DNA from: Bacteroides sp.
GTDB taxonomy: Bacteria > Bacteroidota > Bacteroidia > Bacteroidales > Bacteroidaceae
Assembly (NCBI GenBank): GCA_023665805.1
Contig: JAMPDJ010000010.1
Span: 17,453-81,452 of the forward strand
Length of the DNA stretch: 64,000 bases
Direction of reading: 5' to 3'
Shown: positions 26,467-36,973 of the stretch, piece by piece
Layout: each line of letters starts with the position of its first letter
Numbering within the stretch: the stretch's first letter is position 1
Made by a program: the position numbers and the translations under genes
The notes under the pieces: model-generated
Databases searched by the model: none
Seen by the model: the letters and a program-made list of their open reading frames with translations, nothing else
What the model was told of the DNA's origin: nothing

Positions 26467-27132
26467 TTAGAACTTCTTGCCGAGAAGGATGGAGCATGAG
26501 GTGAGGAAGACAATCTTGGTGTCAATCCACGGAGAGGCGTTGTATAGGTAGTCCAGGTCCATCCTCAGGCGTTCCAGCATCTTCTCCATAGTGTCGGTGT
26601 AACCGTTGTAGAGCGTGGCTGCGGAGAAGATTCCGGGACGCATCTGGTAGAGCAGTTCGTAGTCGGGATTTATGGCCTTGATTTGTTCCACGAAGTAGGG
26701 ACGCTCCGGGCGATAGCCTACGGCGCTCATCTCCCCCTTGAGCACGTTCCACAGCTGTGGCAGCTCGTCCAGATGGTGCTTTCGCAGGAAAGAGCCTACT
26801 CGGGTCAGGTGCTTGGTGTTTTCTCCTGTACAAAGTGCCGGGGTGCCTCCTGCTTCGGCTCTTGTATCCATGGAACGGAACTTGTGTATGGTGAAGATTT
26901 TGCCATGGTATCCGATACGGTCTTGGTTGAAAATGGCTGGTCCGTAGTCGTCAAGCTTGATGGCGATGTAGATTATCAGGAAGAGCGGTGAGAACAGGAT
27001 TAGTCCTGCCAGAGAGAATACGATGTCGAAACAACGTTTTGACAGGAGGAACGCAGGGGAAGCTGCGATTTGCCTGCGGCGGGGCTGCGTACACATGGCA
27101 TCAGGCATAGGTCTTAGGTTCTTTTCTTTCAT
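26467..27132 (-). CDS. undecaprenyl-phosphate sugar-phosphotransferase (bacterial sugar transferase family, initiating enzyme)
   Basis: 221 aa with motifs [30 protein letters not shown]. Confidence 0.92.
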   Translation of the reverse strand: MKEKNLRPMPDAMCTQPRRRQIAASPAFLLSKRCFDIVFSLAGLILFSPLFLIIYIAIKLDDYGPAIFNQDRIGYHGKIFTIHKFRSMDTRAEAGGTPALCTGENTKHLTRVGSFLRKHHLDELPQLWNVLKGEMSAVGYRPERPYFVEQIKAINPDYELLYQMRPGIFSAATLYNGYTDTMEKMLERLRMDLDYLYNASPWIDTKIVFLTSCSILLGKKF

Positions 27133-28235
27133 AGGTCAGTATATATATCCAGTAAGTTTTCTATCATCTTGTCTCTCGTGAACAGATTGCGGTAGCGTTG
27201 CTCCGCACGTCCGGAGTATTCCTTGTAGACCGTCTCGTTTCCGGTGATTGCCATGATGGCCTCCGCCAGTTCCCTGGCATTGCGTGGGGTGACGTTCAGT
27301 CCCGACACGCCATGTTTGTTGACCCATGCCACGCCCGAATGCGGTATGCGTGTGGCCACTACGGGCTTGCGGCACGACATGGCCTCGACCTGTACTATGG
27401 CGAAAGCCTCGGTCTTCTGTATGCTGCTGAGGCAGAACAGTGTGCAGGCCCTGTAATAGGCAGGCAGTTCCTCGTCGGGAATGCGTCCCAGCAGTTTCAC
27501 CCTGTCGGCCACGCCCAATTGTTCTATCTGTGTGGTGAGTTTGCTTCCCAATGGACCGGAACCGCCTATCAGGACCACATAGTCGTTGCCGAGGTGGCTC
27601 GCGGCCTCTATAAGATACTTGTATCCTTTGTACTCCACCAGTCGCCCGAGGGAGAAGATGATTTTCTTGTCCGGATACCTGTTTTGCAGTTCTTCCGCCA
27701 TCGTGTGGGAGGAAGAAACCCGTGTTATGCCTATGGGAAGGCATTTGATCTTGTGCTGCACCCCTGACAGGTGTGGCGATTCGGCCGTGTAGACCGGCGT
27801 GGTGCCGAGAATGACATCGGCACGCCGCAGGAGCCATTCCTGCAGTGGGCGGTAAAGTCGCAGCAACGCTTTCTGCTTTTCTATGTCGCTGTGCCAGTGC
27901 AGTACCACCTTGCCCTTGTAGCCGGAGAGGAACAGGGCGAGGCATGCCATGGGGTCGGGGTGGTGCACGTGGATGATGTCATAGTCCTTGCACCTTTTCC
28001 TCAGTGATACGACCATGGATGGTGAAATCATGGTGGCGGCCACTTTACGCAGCGTACGGCAGCCTATGAGCCGTGCGTGCCGGTTGATGTCCGTGACCCG
28101 TGAGCCTCCATGCGACAAGGCGCACAGCATGTCGCAGTCCACGCCACGTTCCGACAGTCCTACCGTCAGGTCGTACATCACTTTCTCCACTCCTCCACGG
28201 ATGGGGTAGAATTTGCCGAGTTGAAGGATTTTCAT
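27129..28235 (-). CDS. glycosyltransferase family 4 (GT-B)
   Basis: The track start at 28331 is TTG. ATG at 28235 gives MKILQLGKFYPIRGGVEKV.... An ATGA overlap joins it to the downstream sugar transferase start. Confidence 0.85.
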   Translation of the reverse strand: MKILQLGKFYPIRGGVEKVMYDLTVGLSERGVDCDMLCALSHGGSRVTDINRHARLIGCRTLRKVAATMISPSMVVSLRKRCKDYDIIHVHHPDPMACLALFLSGYKGKVVLHWHSDIEKQKALLRLYRPLQEWLLRRADVILGTTPVYTAESPHLSGVQHKIKCLPIGITRVSSSHTMAEELQNRYPDKKIIFSLGRLVEYKGYKYLIEAASHLGNDYVVLIGGSGPLGSKLTTQIEQLGVADRVKLLGRIPDEELPAYYRACTLFCLSSIQKTEAFAIVQVEAMSCRKPVVATRIPHSGVAWVNKHGVSGLNVTPRNARELAEAIMAITGNETVYKEYSGRAEQRYRNLFTRDKMIENLLDIYTDL

Positions 28236-28362
28236 CTTTTTTAGGACCGGTGACTTTGTTGCATGATGACGTATTATGCCGGAACCGTTCCGCCGGATAC
28301 GGTCTTCCAAATTGTTATCGTGAGTATCCAAACGTCAGGCAATATATTTTGGGGGAGGACAT

Positions 28363-29466
28363 TTACTTCAATAATTTGTCAAACAGTTCTCCCCATGTGT
28401 AGGTGACAGGTTCCGCAATCTCTTTTTCGGGAATCGTCGCTAAAAAAGTCTTGTCATTTAAAACGAGGCGTTTCATCTGCTCCTTAAGATCGTCTGCTTT
28501 TTGTGCATCGAAAAAGGCTGTTGCTTTGCTTCCCATCGCAGTCTCGTGTGCATAAGGCAAATCGGCCAATAACATCGGTTTTCCGAATTGGGCAAACTCT
28601 GAGATGGGTAATCCCCAGGTTTCTATTCTTGAAGGAAATATGAGACAGTCAACATTGGCATAATATGCATAGAGTTTGGTTCTTTCCATAAGTCCTGCAA
28701 ATTTCAGAGAAGCCACATTTCCCCAATTCTTATAAAGCCAATGGGCATATTTGTTTTCAGTTCCGTCAATGGTGAAAACGACTTCAAAATTGTTTTCCCC
28801 CAATTCTTCTTGTAGCAACTGTGCTGCCTGACATACCAGTTCAAAGTTTTTGTGGCAGTCTGGAGTTGACGCGAACAAAAAGGTATAAACATTGTTTTTG
28901 CTGCATGTTGTTTTGCTTTCAATCCATTCCCCCTGTTTGGGAGGAGCTACGATGAACTTGTTTTCTGGCAAACCGAACATTTGCGCAAATCCTTTGCGAA
29001 GCCAGTCGGTCTGTACTATCAGATATTTGTTGTTGTTGATATTGATACGGTAAGCCAGCCGTGTAAACAGGGCGAAAAGCACTATTTTATAATCGAAACG
29101 CAGGTCTTGCCATTTCCAACGCAAAAAAGGGAATGATGTCTGGCAATAAACCGCTTGCCGTTCAGCTATCACCCGTGGGGTAGTATCATGCAAGGAGAGC
29201 CACAGATATACCGGAGCCAACTTCCGGGAGATGTGATACATAGTGACATATTCGCACCACAATCTCCGTCCCCAACTCTTTACTGTATCATGTATTTCGA
29301 TATATTCAATGCCTGGATAGTAGGCCAAAGACTTCTGATGCACCAGGGCAACCACCCGAAATTGTTTAGTTCCAGACAACAGGGAGAGATGTTCCAAGCA
29401 TTGCCTCAATATGGTAAGTGTCCCGCCTTTCCGGATGTTTACGGCTGAAACGACTATGGTTCGCAT
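28363..29466 (-). CDS. glycosyltransferase (GT-B fold, GT4/GT1-like)
   Basis: 367 aa with a C-terminal EX7E-type motif (SRIETWGLPISEF). This is the first gene of the low-GC block. Confidence 0.75.
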   Translation of the reverse strand: MRTIVVSAVNIRKGGTLTILRQCLEHLSLLSGTKQFRVVALVHQKSLAYYPGIEYIEIHDTVKSWGRRLWCEYVTMYHISRKLAPVYLWLSLHDTTPRVIAERQAVYCQTSFPFLRWKWQDLRFDYKIVLFALFTRLAYRININNNKYLIVQTDWLRKGFAQMFGLPENKFIVAPPKQGEWIESKTTCSKNNVYTFLFASTPDCHKNFELVCQAAQLLQEELGENNFEVVFTIDGTENKYAHWLYKNWGNVASLKFAGLMERTKLYAYYANVDCLIFPSRIETWGLPISEFAQFGKPMLLADLPYAHETAMGSKATAFFDAQKADDLKEQMKRLVLNDKTFLATIPEKEIAEPVTYTWGELFDKLLK

Positions 29467-29472
29467 AAATCT

Positions 29473-30606
29473 TTATTTCTTGATTATCTGCAGAAACAAA
29501 TCTTCCCATTGTTTCATAATCACCTCTTCGGCATACTGGGATGAGTTGCGATAGGCGGCCTGTCCCATTTCTCTTCTCAGATTTTCATTGTTTATCAGCG
29601 TGAGCAATCTATTTGCCAAGGCATCAACATCTCCTTCTTTCACTAAAAAGCCGCTTACGCCATCCTCTATTATATCTTTTGGACCACACTTGCAGTCGAA
29701 AGAAACAATCGGTAGCCCGGCTGCTTGCGCTTCGAGTAAAACCATGGGCAATCCTTCATAACGGGAAGAGAGCGCGAAGATGGAAGCGTCCTGATAGGTG
29801 GATGGCATTTCCGAACCGCTCACCCGCCTTAATATCACTTTCCCATCCAGTCCTAAGTTTTTTATCTGTCGGAGCATCTCTTGTTTCAGTTCTCCGTTAC
29901 CTACAATCTGCAGTTCCCAGTCATCGGCTTTATTGCAAACCTTGCCCCAAGCCTCAATCAGTCGTTCAAACCCTTTCTGATAGTCATAACGGCCTACGGC
30001 CAACACCTTACGGCTGTCAAGGGTGGCAGGCTTCTCAAAAATAAAAGTACGAACATTGGAAATCACCTGCATATTGTTCAGTCCTTCCCAATAAGCATAA
30101 TCCTCCTTGGTAAGAACGATAAATTTATCGAAACGGGCAGCTATCCGTGCGTCATTCGCGGCCCTCCATTTGTCAGCCCAGTGCCAAACTCCTTTTCTTC
30201 CGTATTGCAACCGTTTGAAACGGGAGAAATGACATTCCAGTATTTTCTTGCTGCCATCGTTAATTCCAGTAAGTATAGAAGCGTCATTGCAAAACATGGA
30301 AACAACAATGTCCGCATTCAGCCGTTTCAATAATTTCGTCAATCGTTTTTTGTGACTCCACTGTTTGAACGGATAATGTAAAAGCTTGTTCCAAAAAGAT
30401 TTCCCGTTGTTCTCCTCATAATTGATGCCCAAGTCATAACTTTTGATGCGAGCATCTAAGGCAAAAAAAGGAACTCGTCCGCATTGGTCAGTTGTAACAA
30501 CCAGAACTTCATGTCCTTGTCTGGCCAAATAATTAACCTTATAGGCAAGAATCCTCTCCATGCCTCCGGAATTATAAGTTCCCGCTATGCAATAAACTAT
30601 ATTCAT
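29473..30606 (-). CDS. glycosyltransferase family 4
   Basis: 377 aa reading MNIVYCIAGTYNSGGMERIL...SRYEGLPMVLLEAQAAGLPIVSFD. Confidence 0.88.
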   Translation of the reverse strand: MNIVYCIAGTYNSGGMERILAYKVNYLARQGHEVLVVTTDQCGRVPFFALDARIKSYDLGINYEENNGKSFWNKLLHYPFKQWSHKKRLTKLLKRLNADIVVSMFCNDASILTGINDGSKKILECHFSRFKRLQYGRKGVWHWADKWRAANDARIAARFDKFIVLTKEDYAYWEGLNNMQVISNVRTFIFEKPATLDSRKVLAVGRYDYQKGFERLIEAWGKVCNKADDWELQIVGNGELKQEMLRQIKNLGLDGKVILRRVSGSEMPSTYQDASIFALSSRYEGLPMVLLEAQAAGLPIVSFDCKCGPKDIIEDGVSGFLVKEGDVDALANRLLTLINNENLRREMGQAAYRNSSQYAEEVIMKQWEDLFLQIIKK

Positions 30607-31895
30607 GCTGTAATATCCATTTGATTAGTTGATTTTTCTTCATTCTCTATCATTAATAAAAGGGCAAAAATGAAGAAAATATCAGTTGAGACTTTCAGCC
30701 AAACGATGAAGTTCACAAGCAATAGAACTAAGAACAGCATCTTTTTGTCCGGGAAACGCTTGATGCACAAAGTTGCGGCATGGCATATAAACAATGAAAA
30801 CGCTACCAATCCCGTGATACCAGAATAAAAAATAAAGCGTAAATAACCCACATCAGTACCCATATAATAACCACCGGCCACCTTGCCTGTGAAATAAGGG
30901 TTGGTCGCTACAGGATTATTAAAATAGCCATCGCCAATCAGCCATGTTTTGGTAGATTCTGGAAATACCACCATTGATTTTAATTGTTCGTTAGACCCGA
31001 CTTTCCATTCTCCTTTTTCCACTAAATTAAAGAACCCCTCAAATCCAAAACGAAGGTTGGCCCGGATAGCAGGGTCTGTTTGATAAAAATACGTTGTAAT
31101 GGGGAGTACTGCCACCAAAACAACCAATACTCCCACCACTATTTCTTTGACTGTAAACGGAGGATTCTCTTTCGCCATGAGTTGCTTATATAGTATCAAT
31201 ACGATTCCCAAAACAACTCCTACCATAGTGGTACGAGCTATCATATTGCCAATGATAATCAATATTGCAAAGACAAACAGATAAACGGGTAACAGATAAC
31301 GTTGGTTCTTGGTTTCTTCCGATGTAATCAGATAAGACAGCAGAACCAATGTGATAGAGAAGCGGACACCTGCCGTGTCGAGCATGGCACCAATGCCATA
31401 CAAGCGTTTTACTTCAGTCAAGAATTCTTGCCCTTGTATTATATGTGTATCTATCAATGATTTGAAGGATGTGCTATTATCTATCAGCAAAGCTAAAAAA
31501 CATTGAATTACGCATACACCAACAAGATAATGAGCAACAAGTGGAAGAGAAACTTTTCCATGTACGGCTTGAATAATCTGGCCTACGGCATAGGCTCCAG
31601 CCAGCCATACACTCATTGAGATAAAGTATGTGGCATATGCAAAATCGGTCGTAGCATTATATACTACCGAGAAAAAGCAGACTAAGGAAAATGCAAACGA
31701 GAAAGCCACAAGGCTCAATAAGTTTTTGTCCAAAGCTGCTGATCTTTCTTTGGAATTTTTCAATCCTAATATAACCAGTCCTAACATGGCCAACATCATT
31801 TTGGTATTGACGGTAGGCAGTACCGAAAACCAAAAAGGGAAACAATAGAAACTGGTGATAATCAGTATGAAAACCACGGATAGATATTTTATCAT
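30603..31895 (-). CDS. wzy: O-antigen/capsule repeat-unit polymerase (Wzy-like, polytopic membrane protein)
   Basis: 430 aa with more than 10 hydrophobic segments and a large loop. The call rests on its position in a Wzx/Wzy-type locus, with no specific motif. Confidence 0.7.
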   Translation of the reverse strand: MIKYLSVVFILIITSFYCFPFWFSVLPTVNTKMMLAMLGLVILGLKNSKERSAALDKNLLSLVAFSFAFSLVCFFSVVYNATTDFAYATYFISMSVWLAGAYAVGQIIQAVHGKVSLPLVAHYLVGVCVIQCFLALLIDNSTSFKSLIDTHIIQGQEFLTEVKRLYGIGAMLDTAGVRFSITLVLLSYLITSEETKNQRYLLPVYLFVFAILIIIGNMIARTTMVGVVLGIVLILYKQLMAKENPPFTVKEIVVGVLVVLVAVLPITTYFYQTDPAIRANLRFGFEGFFNLVEKGEWKVGSNEQLKSMVVFPESTKTWLIGDGYFNNPVATNPYFTGKVAGGYYMGTDVGYLRFIFYSGITGLVAFSLFICHAATLCIKRFPDKKMLFLVLLLVNFIVWLKVSTDIFFIFALLLMIENEEKSTNQMDITA

Positions 31896-31898
31896 GGT

Positions 31899-32882
31899 TT
31901 ATCTGTATATTAAACCGTAAATCAAGCGATACACCCATTGATAATGTAGGCGCACTATCCAAAACATATTCTTGGATGCAACGTATTGAAGGAAACGGCT
32001 GCGAAAAGAAAATTCTTCATTTCTCCAAATAGATGTGTTTGCCTCAGGAAACCATGTTTGCCATATGGCATATAGGCGTTTGTCATCACTAATCAGTAAC
32101 GGGTATTTCACGCTTAATTTAAAGCAAGCAATCGCCTCATCCATTTTACTTCCTTTCTTTTTTGACAAGAACCTGATCGTTTCATTGGTGTTATAAATAA
32201 TGTCACACAGGTTCTTTTCAGAAAAACTGTTGGTAAACGCTTCTCCATTTGTTTTAACGTAATGGTATAAAGCACTTGGAACGTATGCCACCACCGATGC
32301 GCAAGCCAACAGACGTATCATGGTCATGTCCTCTCCCATACCATGTCTGGTGGGAAAGGTAATCTGATTGTCCTTATACAAGGAACGACGCGTCAATTTA
32401 TTCCATACATTGTATTTCATTTTTCCGCGTAATATCTTTTGCAAAGCCTCTTCCGATGAATGGCAATCCGGCTGTTTCATATATCGCTCATTGTGCTTGA
32501 ACGACAAGTACCAGTCGCACCACACCATATCAGCTTGCTTGGATTCAGCCATGTTTAGTAGTTTTTCCAAAGCATCAAGTTCCAGCCAATCGTCGCTGTC
32601 GCAATGGTAAATGTATTTGCCTTTCGCATGTATCAGCCCTGTATTTCGTGCTGCCGGCAGTCCTTTGTTCACCTTATGCCGTACGATGTGACAATCTGCT
32701 GACCTATGAGGATAGCATGATATGGTTTCTTCCAGTAAGGAGATACTCCTGTCAGGTGTACAATCGTCCACAAAGATAAACTCTACTTCTTCTTGCAAAG
32801 TTTGCTCCAACAAAGACTTGGCGCACCTTTTAATAAAACGCTCTACTTTATAAATAGGTATGATAACACTTATCAATGTCAT
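31899..32882 (-). CDS. glycosyltransferase family 2
   Basis: MTLISVIIPIYKVERFIKRCAKSLLEQT...FVDDCTPDRS, with DxD at CDSDDW. Confidence 0.88.
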   Translation of the reverse strand: MTLISVIIPIYKVERFIKRCAKSLLEQTLQEEVEFIFVDDCTPDRSISLLEETISCYPHRSADCHIVRHKVNKGLPAARNTGLIHAKGKYIYHCDSDDWLELDALEKLLNMAESKQADMVWCDWYLSFKHNERYMKQPDCHSSEEALQKILRGKMKYNVWNKLTRRSLYKDNQITFPTRHGMGEDMTMIRLLACASVVAYVPSALYHYVKTNGEAFTNSFSEKNLCDIIYNTNETIRFLSKKKGSKMDEAIACFKLSVKYPLLISDDKRLYAIWQTWFPEANTSIWRNEEFSFRSRFLQYVASKNMFWIVRLHYQWVYRLIYGLIYR

Positions 32883-33844
32883 TTCAAACGTGAACGGATT
32901 AATTGGTAAGCCGCAATGGCTTTATTCAATCTCATTTTATTTCCGAAAAAGTCAGCCATTTTCAAATCATGTTTATGTAATTTCTGCATACCGTAATCGG
33001 TTGTATATTTAGCTGACTCCAGCGGTTTTTCAACTATTTGAGACAGGAATCCGATTAAACGTTTTTCCCAGCCGAACATTGACAAATCCGCCACTTTGGA
33101 TTCCCTCAACATTTGCAAATACAAATCATCGTTATTGTCTAACTCCACAATACTTAACACCGCCTTTTCCGCTGTTTGATAATCGCTTATATTGATAAAC
33201 GATTTGGGATTAAAATCTCTATGAACTAAAGGATTCCCCCAATAGATAGGCAATGTATCGGCTATCATCGCATCTATTATTTTCTCTGTGGTGTAACCAT
33301 AGCTACGGCTATTCTCGAAAGCGATATTAAATTTGTATTGACTGATGAAGTGGTCTTTATCAGCGATGGAGCCTCCTATGTTATTCCAAAGCCTGCCACC
33401 GGAATCCACTTGCTTATATTCTGAAAGCAACCTGAAAAAACGTTCTCGCATCGGGTTGGCATTCTTTGTATTAGAAACCACAATGCTGCAAAATTTCCGG
33501 TTCAATGCCACTTCATCTGTAATCGTGCTATTGGGAATGAAGTCCTTGAAATTATCTCTCACCAAATAGAGCGGCAGACGCATATATCTATCTCCAAACT
33601 CCAACCAGTCAAACCCCAAGGCGTAGTCACATAGGTTAAAGTCAGGAGTCAAGTTCTCGCCTATGAACATGATTTTTACGCAATCATATTTCAAGTGTGA
33701 ACAACCAAAAGTGGAGAAGAACAGATAATCGGGATTTTCAGACAGTACACACCTGTATTTAGAACGTAAAACCTGCGTAATGAAGTTATCCTCCGGATTA
33801 AAATTTCCCCAAAAATCCGTGAATCCTATTTTGATTTCTTTCAT
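32879..33844 (-). CDS. glycosyltransferase family 10 (alpha-1,3/4-fucosyltransferase-like)
   Basis: Contains the FucT motif YKFNIAFENSRSYGYTTEKIIDA. The track start at 33856 is TTG; the ATG is at 33844 (MKEIKIGFTDFW). Confidence 0.82.
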   Translation of the reverse strand: MKEIKIGFTDFWGNFNPEDNFITQVLRSKYRCVLSENPDYLFFSTFGCSHLKYDCVKIMFIGENLTPDFNLCDYALGFDWLEFGDRYMRLPLYLVRDNFKDFIPNSTITDEVALNRKFCSIVVSNTKNANPMRERFFRLLSEYKQVDSGGRLWNNIGGSIADKDHFISQYKFNIAFENSRSYGYTTEKIIDAMIADTLPIYWGNPLVHRDFNPKSFINISDYQTAEKAVLSIVELDNNDDLYLQMLRESKVADLSMFGWEKRLIGFLSQIVEKPLESAKYTTDYGMQKLHKHDLKMADFFGNKMRLNKAIAAYQLIRSRLK

Positions 33845-33856
33845 GCCGATATACAA

Positions 33857-34879
33857 CTAATATGACAGACACGTTTTTACCTTATCAATAAGGTAAAGCC
33901 GCATCTTATCTATCAAAATTGCTACAAAGAATAAAGCAACTATAAACAGAAAAACAAACGGAATTTCGAGTAAACAATTACCTGACAGCAGCCCGACTAT
34001 CTCGTCAAATAACCTCATCAATTCCAAACGAAGTATAGGATGCTCGCTCAATAAATAAACTCCTATTACCGAAGAGGATACAAACAATACACTCTTACTT
34101 TTGATAGGCTTCAGTTGTAATATACCTAAAAACAATGTGACAGCGGCTATAATGTTGAAAGGATTATTATAATCCATGAATCTATCTTCAATTTCGCAGG
34201 TTTTAAGTATATAATGACAGATGGTTTTTAGAAACAAGGTCATTGCGAATAGCCAAAAGCATATGCTTGCGGTTAGACTTTTCTCACTCCCATCCCAGAA
34301 TAGCGTGAAGACTGATTTCTTACGCCTTAACAAGCCGCCAATCAAGTAAATAGTGATAAAATGTATCAAACTGTATCCTCCGTAATGGACAGAACCTTCT
34401 TGCCAGATGAAACCGAAATAGACATCTACTATCAAAAAAGTACCAATCAATGCGTATAGCGATTTGCTTGAAAGGTGTATCAATAAGGGTTCAATCATTA
34501 GTGGTGCTACTAACACTAACAAGAAGTAAATCCGCATAAACCACCAAGGGTTATGTGATATGGGCAGTAATAGGGACCAATAATCAAATTGTCCAAAATT
34601 TCCACATAAATTTATAAGAAAAACAATCAGTAGATAACTGAACAACAGAGTATATAGCCTTGTCGCTTTTCTAACACTCTTAATACCAAAGTAGCCGCTA
34701 ATCAATACAAAAAGGTTGATGTGAAAAGGCAGATAAAAGCACAAGGCAGCAGGAAATATCCCTCTGAAAATGTCGGACCCATTTGCTCCCAAAGGTATAA
34801 AACCTCCAAGGATATGGCCCAATATAATGAGAAACATGGATAAGATTCTGACCAGTTCGATATTTAGATTCCTATTCAT
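33857..34879 (-). CDS. membrane acyltransferase (acyltransferase_3 family, O-acetyltransferase)
   Basis: Polytopic membrane protein. ATG at 34879 gives MNRNLNIELVRILSMFLIILGHI.... The track start at 34906 is GTG. Confidence 0.78.
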   Translation of the reverse strand: MNRNLNIELVRILSMFLIILGHILGGFIPLGANGSDIFRGIFPAALCFYLPFHINLFVLISGYFGIKSVRKATRLYTLLFSYLLIVFLINLCGNFGQFDYWSLLLPISHNPWWFMRIYFLLVLVAPLMIEPLLIHLSSKSLYALIGTFLIVDVYFGFIWQEGSVHYGGYSLIHFITIYLIGGLLRRKKSVFTLFWDGSEKSLTASICFWLFAMTLFLKTICHYILKTCEIEDRFMDYNNPFNIIAAVTLFLGILQLKPIKSKSVLFVSSSVIGVYLLSEHPILRLELMRLFDEIVGLLSGNCLLEIPFVFLFIVALFFVAILIDKMRLYLIDKVKTCLSY

Positions 34880-35612
34880 TCCTGATTTTTGATTCAAAAT
34901 GCCCACACAATCCTAAAAGACCTTTTACCATACCTTTGGAATATGACTTTAATACATTATCACAACTCATTTTGGATTTTAAATGCCCCCAATGCTCTTG
35001 CTGAATATCCGAGGATATACCATTGATATTGGCATCTATGATGTATGGATGGGCTGCATAAAGCTTAACTCCAAAGTCTTTATACAAATTCCAGTCATCG
35101 GCTACATGGAAAGGAGTCCTTATGCCATTGACTATACGTCGGGCAGCAGCTCTGTTTATCAAGTAGGCATAACTTCCTACTGCGCTGAACACTCTGGTAA
35201 TGTCTTTTTTCTGCCAATACCAATAATCTCCTGAAAGGAGCAAGATTCTGGGTTCATCACTATGCATAAAAGAAGTGACCCTTTCACTGAATAGAAAATC
35301 AAGATTACCTACAATAGAGATATCATCTTCCATGACAAGGACAAAGTTTTTCTCCCCCTCCGATATTTTCTGATAGTTACGGTAGTGGCTTAATGTACAG
35401 CCTATTTCTCCAAGATTAACTTTTCTTCCATAGCGCAAGAGACTTTTCTTTCGGTCATAACAGGCATCCAGTTCGTCTTCTGTAAGTATCCGTCCGTCTG
35501 TAGCCTCAATAAACTTTGGGTCTAAATCATGGTAAGTTGATAGCAATTGCTTCATATAATCCTTGCGGACAGATGAAGTCTTCAAATTAATTATATAGGT
35601 GGTTATTTTCAT
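34872..35612 (-). CDS. glycosyltransferase family 25 (LOS/LPS galactosyltransferase-like)
   Basis: 246 aa with a GT25-type N-terminus, MKITTYIINLKTSSVRKDYM.... Confidence 0.78.
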   Translation of the reverse strand: MKITTYIINLKTSSVRKDYMKQLLSTYHDLDPKFIEATDGRILTEDELDACYDRKKSLLRYGRKVNLGEIGCTLSHYRNYQKISEGEKNFVLVMEDDISIVGNLDFLFSERVTSFMHSDEPRILLLSGDYWYWQKKDITRVFSAVGSYAYLINRAAARRIVNGIRTPFHVADDWNLYKDFGVKLYAAHPYIIDANINGISSDIQQEHWGHLKSKMSCDNVLKSYSKGMVKGLLGLCGHFESKIRNE

Positions 35613-36340
35613 TAGCGAACGATTCGTTTCATACGTTTCATGAGGCCGGCCAATTGCCTTGTCGTTTCAATTCCAAGGAATTTATTGCAAAATTCATAAA
35701 GTTTCATGCGAGTTGTTACCCACGACTCTGCATAGTGATGTATCGAATAGGTATGTTCTGTAATTATCCGCTCTCTAGTAAAGTAGTTGATGGGACAAAA
35801 ATATTCGGCTGGATAAATCGTAAAGCCGGCTACATGCTGTATGCGATTTTCATCACGGTATCCATATTTTCGCAAAGCATCGGAAGTATAACTAACAATA
35901 GTCCGGCAATTCAAACTACCATCTTCTTTTACAAAAGAAAGTGTTTGATACATCTCTATCATCTCTCTGAAAAACGGCATTTCGGGTTCAGCCCCTATTC
36001 CTAACCCGGGAGCGCATCGTCCTTTCATCTCATCGCCTAAAAACGATCCCTTGTTCAGGATTGGCGTAAGCGGACGTAATAATTCCACATCTGTATCTAA
36101 ATAGATACCTCCTTCTTGGTATAATATCTGAAATCGGGCATAATCACTGACAAATGCATATTTCCCATGTGCATAAGCTTCTTTCGTATAAGGAATGACA
36201 TCTACATTGAAATTACTTTCATCCCATCGCTTGATTTCATAATCCGGATGATATTTCTTCCAAGAGGTCATGCACTTCTCGGCTAACGGAGGAAGAGGTT
36301 GTCCTCCAAACCAGCAGTAATGAATAATTTTGGGTATCAT
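35612..36340 (-). CDS. glycosyltransferase family 32-like (DXD sugar transferase / capsular synthesis protein)
   Basis: MIPKIIHYCWFGGQPLP...IYLDTDVELL. Confidence 0.78.
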   Translation of the reverse strand: MIPKIIHYCWFGGQPLPPLAEKCMTSWKKYHPDYEIKRWDESNFNVDVIPYTKEAYAHGKYAFVSDYARFQILYQEGGIYLDTDVELLRPLTPILNKGSFLGDEMKGRCAPGLGIGAEPEMPFFREMIEMYQTLSFVKEDGSLNCRTIVSYTSDALRKYGYRDENRIQHVAGFTIYPAEYFCPINYFTRERIITEHTYSIHHYAESWVTTRMKLYEFCNKFLGIETTRQLAGLMKRMKRIVR

Positions 36341-36969
36341 TTTTGGCTATCAGTTGTGCTTGATAAATGTGGTAAACACCATTTGTTTAAGATAAATCGG
36401 GAAGAATCCTTGTGCGAAATAACTTTTGCCGGACAACCGGCTACTGTATTTCCAGGCGGAACAGTCTTCACAACTACGGCACCAGCCCCTATTGCTGTAT
36501 TGTTGCCTATAACTATATCTTCTACAATGCAGACATTTGGTCCAATATAAACATTGTCTCCTATGATAGCCGCTTTGCCCTCGTTACTGCCTATGGTAGA
36601 AAATTGGCTTAAATTCACGTTGTTGCCAATTATAGCAGTCGGATTTACGATAATGCCAAAACGATGTCCTAAATATAATCCGTACCCTATCTTCGTGGAA
36701 GATTCAATAGATAATCCGTATTTTTTATCATAACGCGCAAGCATCCTTTTACAGAATGAATGAAATAATCCCTTTTTATAAGATGAGAATCTAAGCCAAA
36801 AGGAAAAGCCTGTATGTACATTTCTGCACCCCCAGATTATTCTTAATAAAGAAGGATTTATTCCTGAATAACGAAACCAATCACTTTTCACTAATGTTAA
36901 GCAATCCGCATAACTTTGAGGAATCGGTATATGAAAACCACCGCCTTCATTTATGAATTCGTATTTCAT
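36337..36969 (-). CDS. hexapeptide-repeat (LbH) O-acetyltransferase, serine-acetyltransferase-like
   Basis: Hexapeptide repeats IGDNVYIGPNVCIVEDIVIGNNTAIGAGAVVVKTVPPGNTVAGCPAKV. Confidence 0.8.
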   Translation of the reverse strand: MKYEFINEGGGFHIPIPQSYADCLTLVKSDWFRYSGINPSLLRIIWGCRNVHTGFSFWLRFSSYKKGLFHSFCKRMLARYDKKYGLSIESSTKIGYGLYLGHRFGIIVNPTAIIGNNVNLSQFSTIGSNEGKAAIIGDNVYIGPNVCIVEDIVIGNNTAIGAGAVVVKTVPPGNTVAGCPAKVISHKDSSRFILNKWCLPHLSSTTDSQK

Positions 36970-36973
36970 ATCT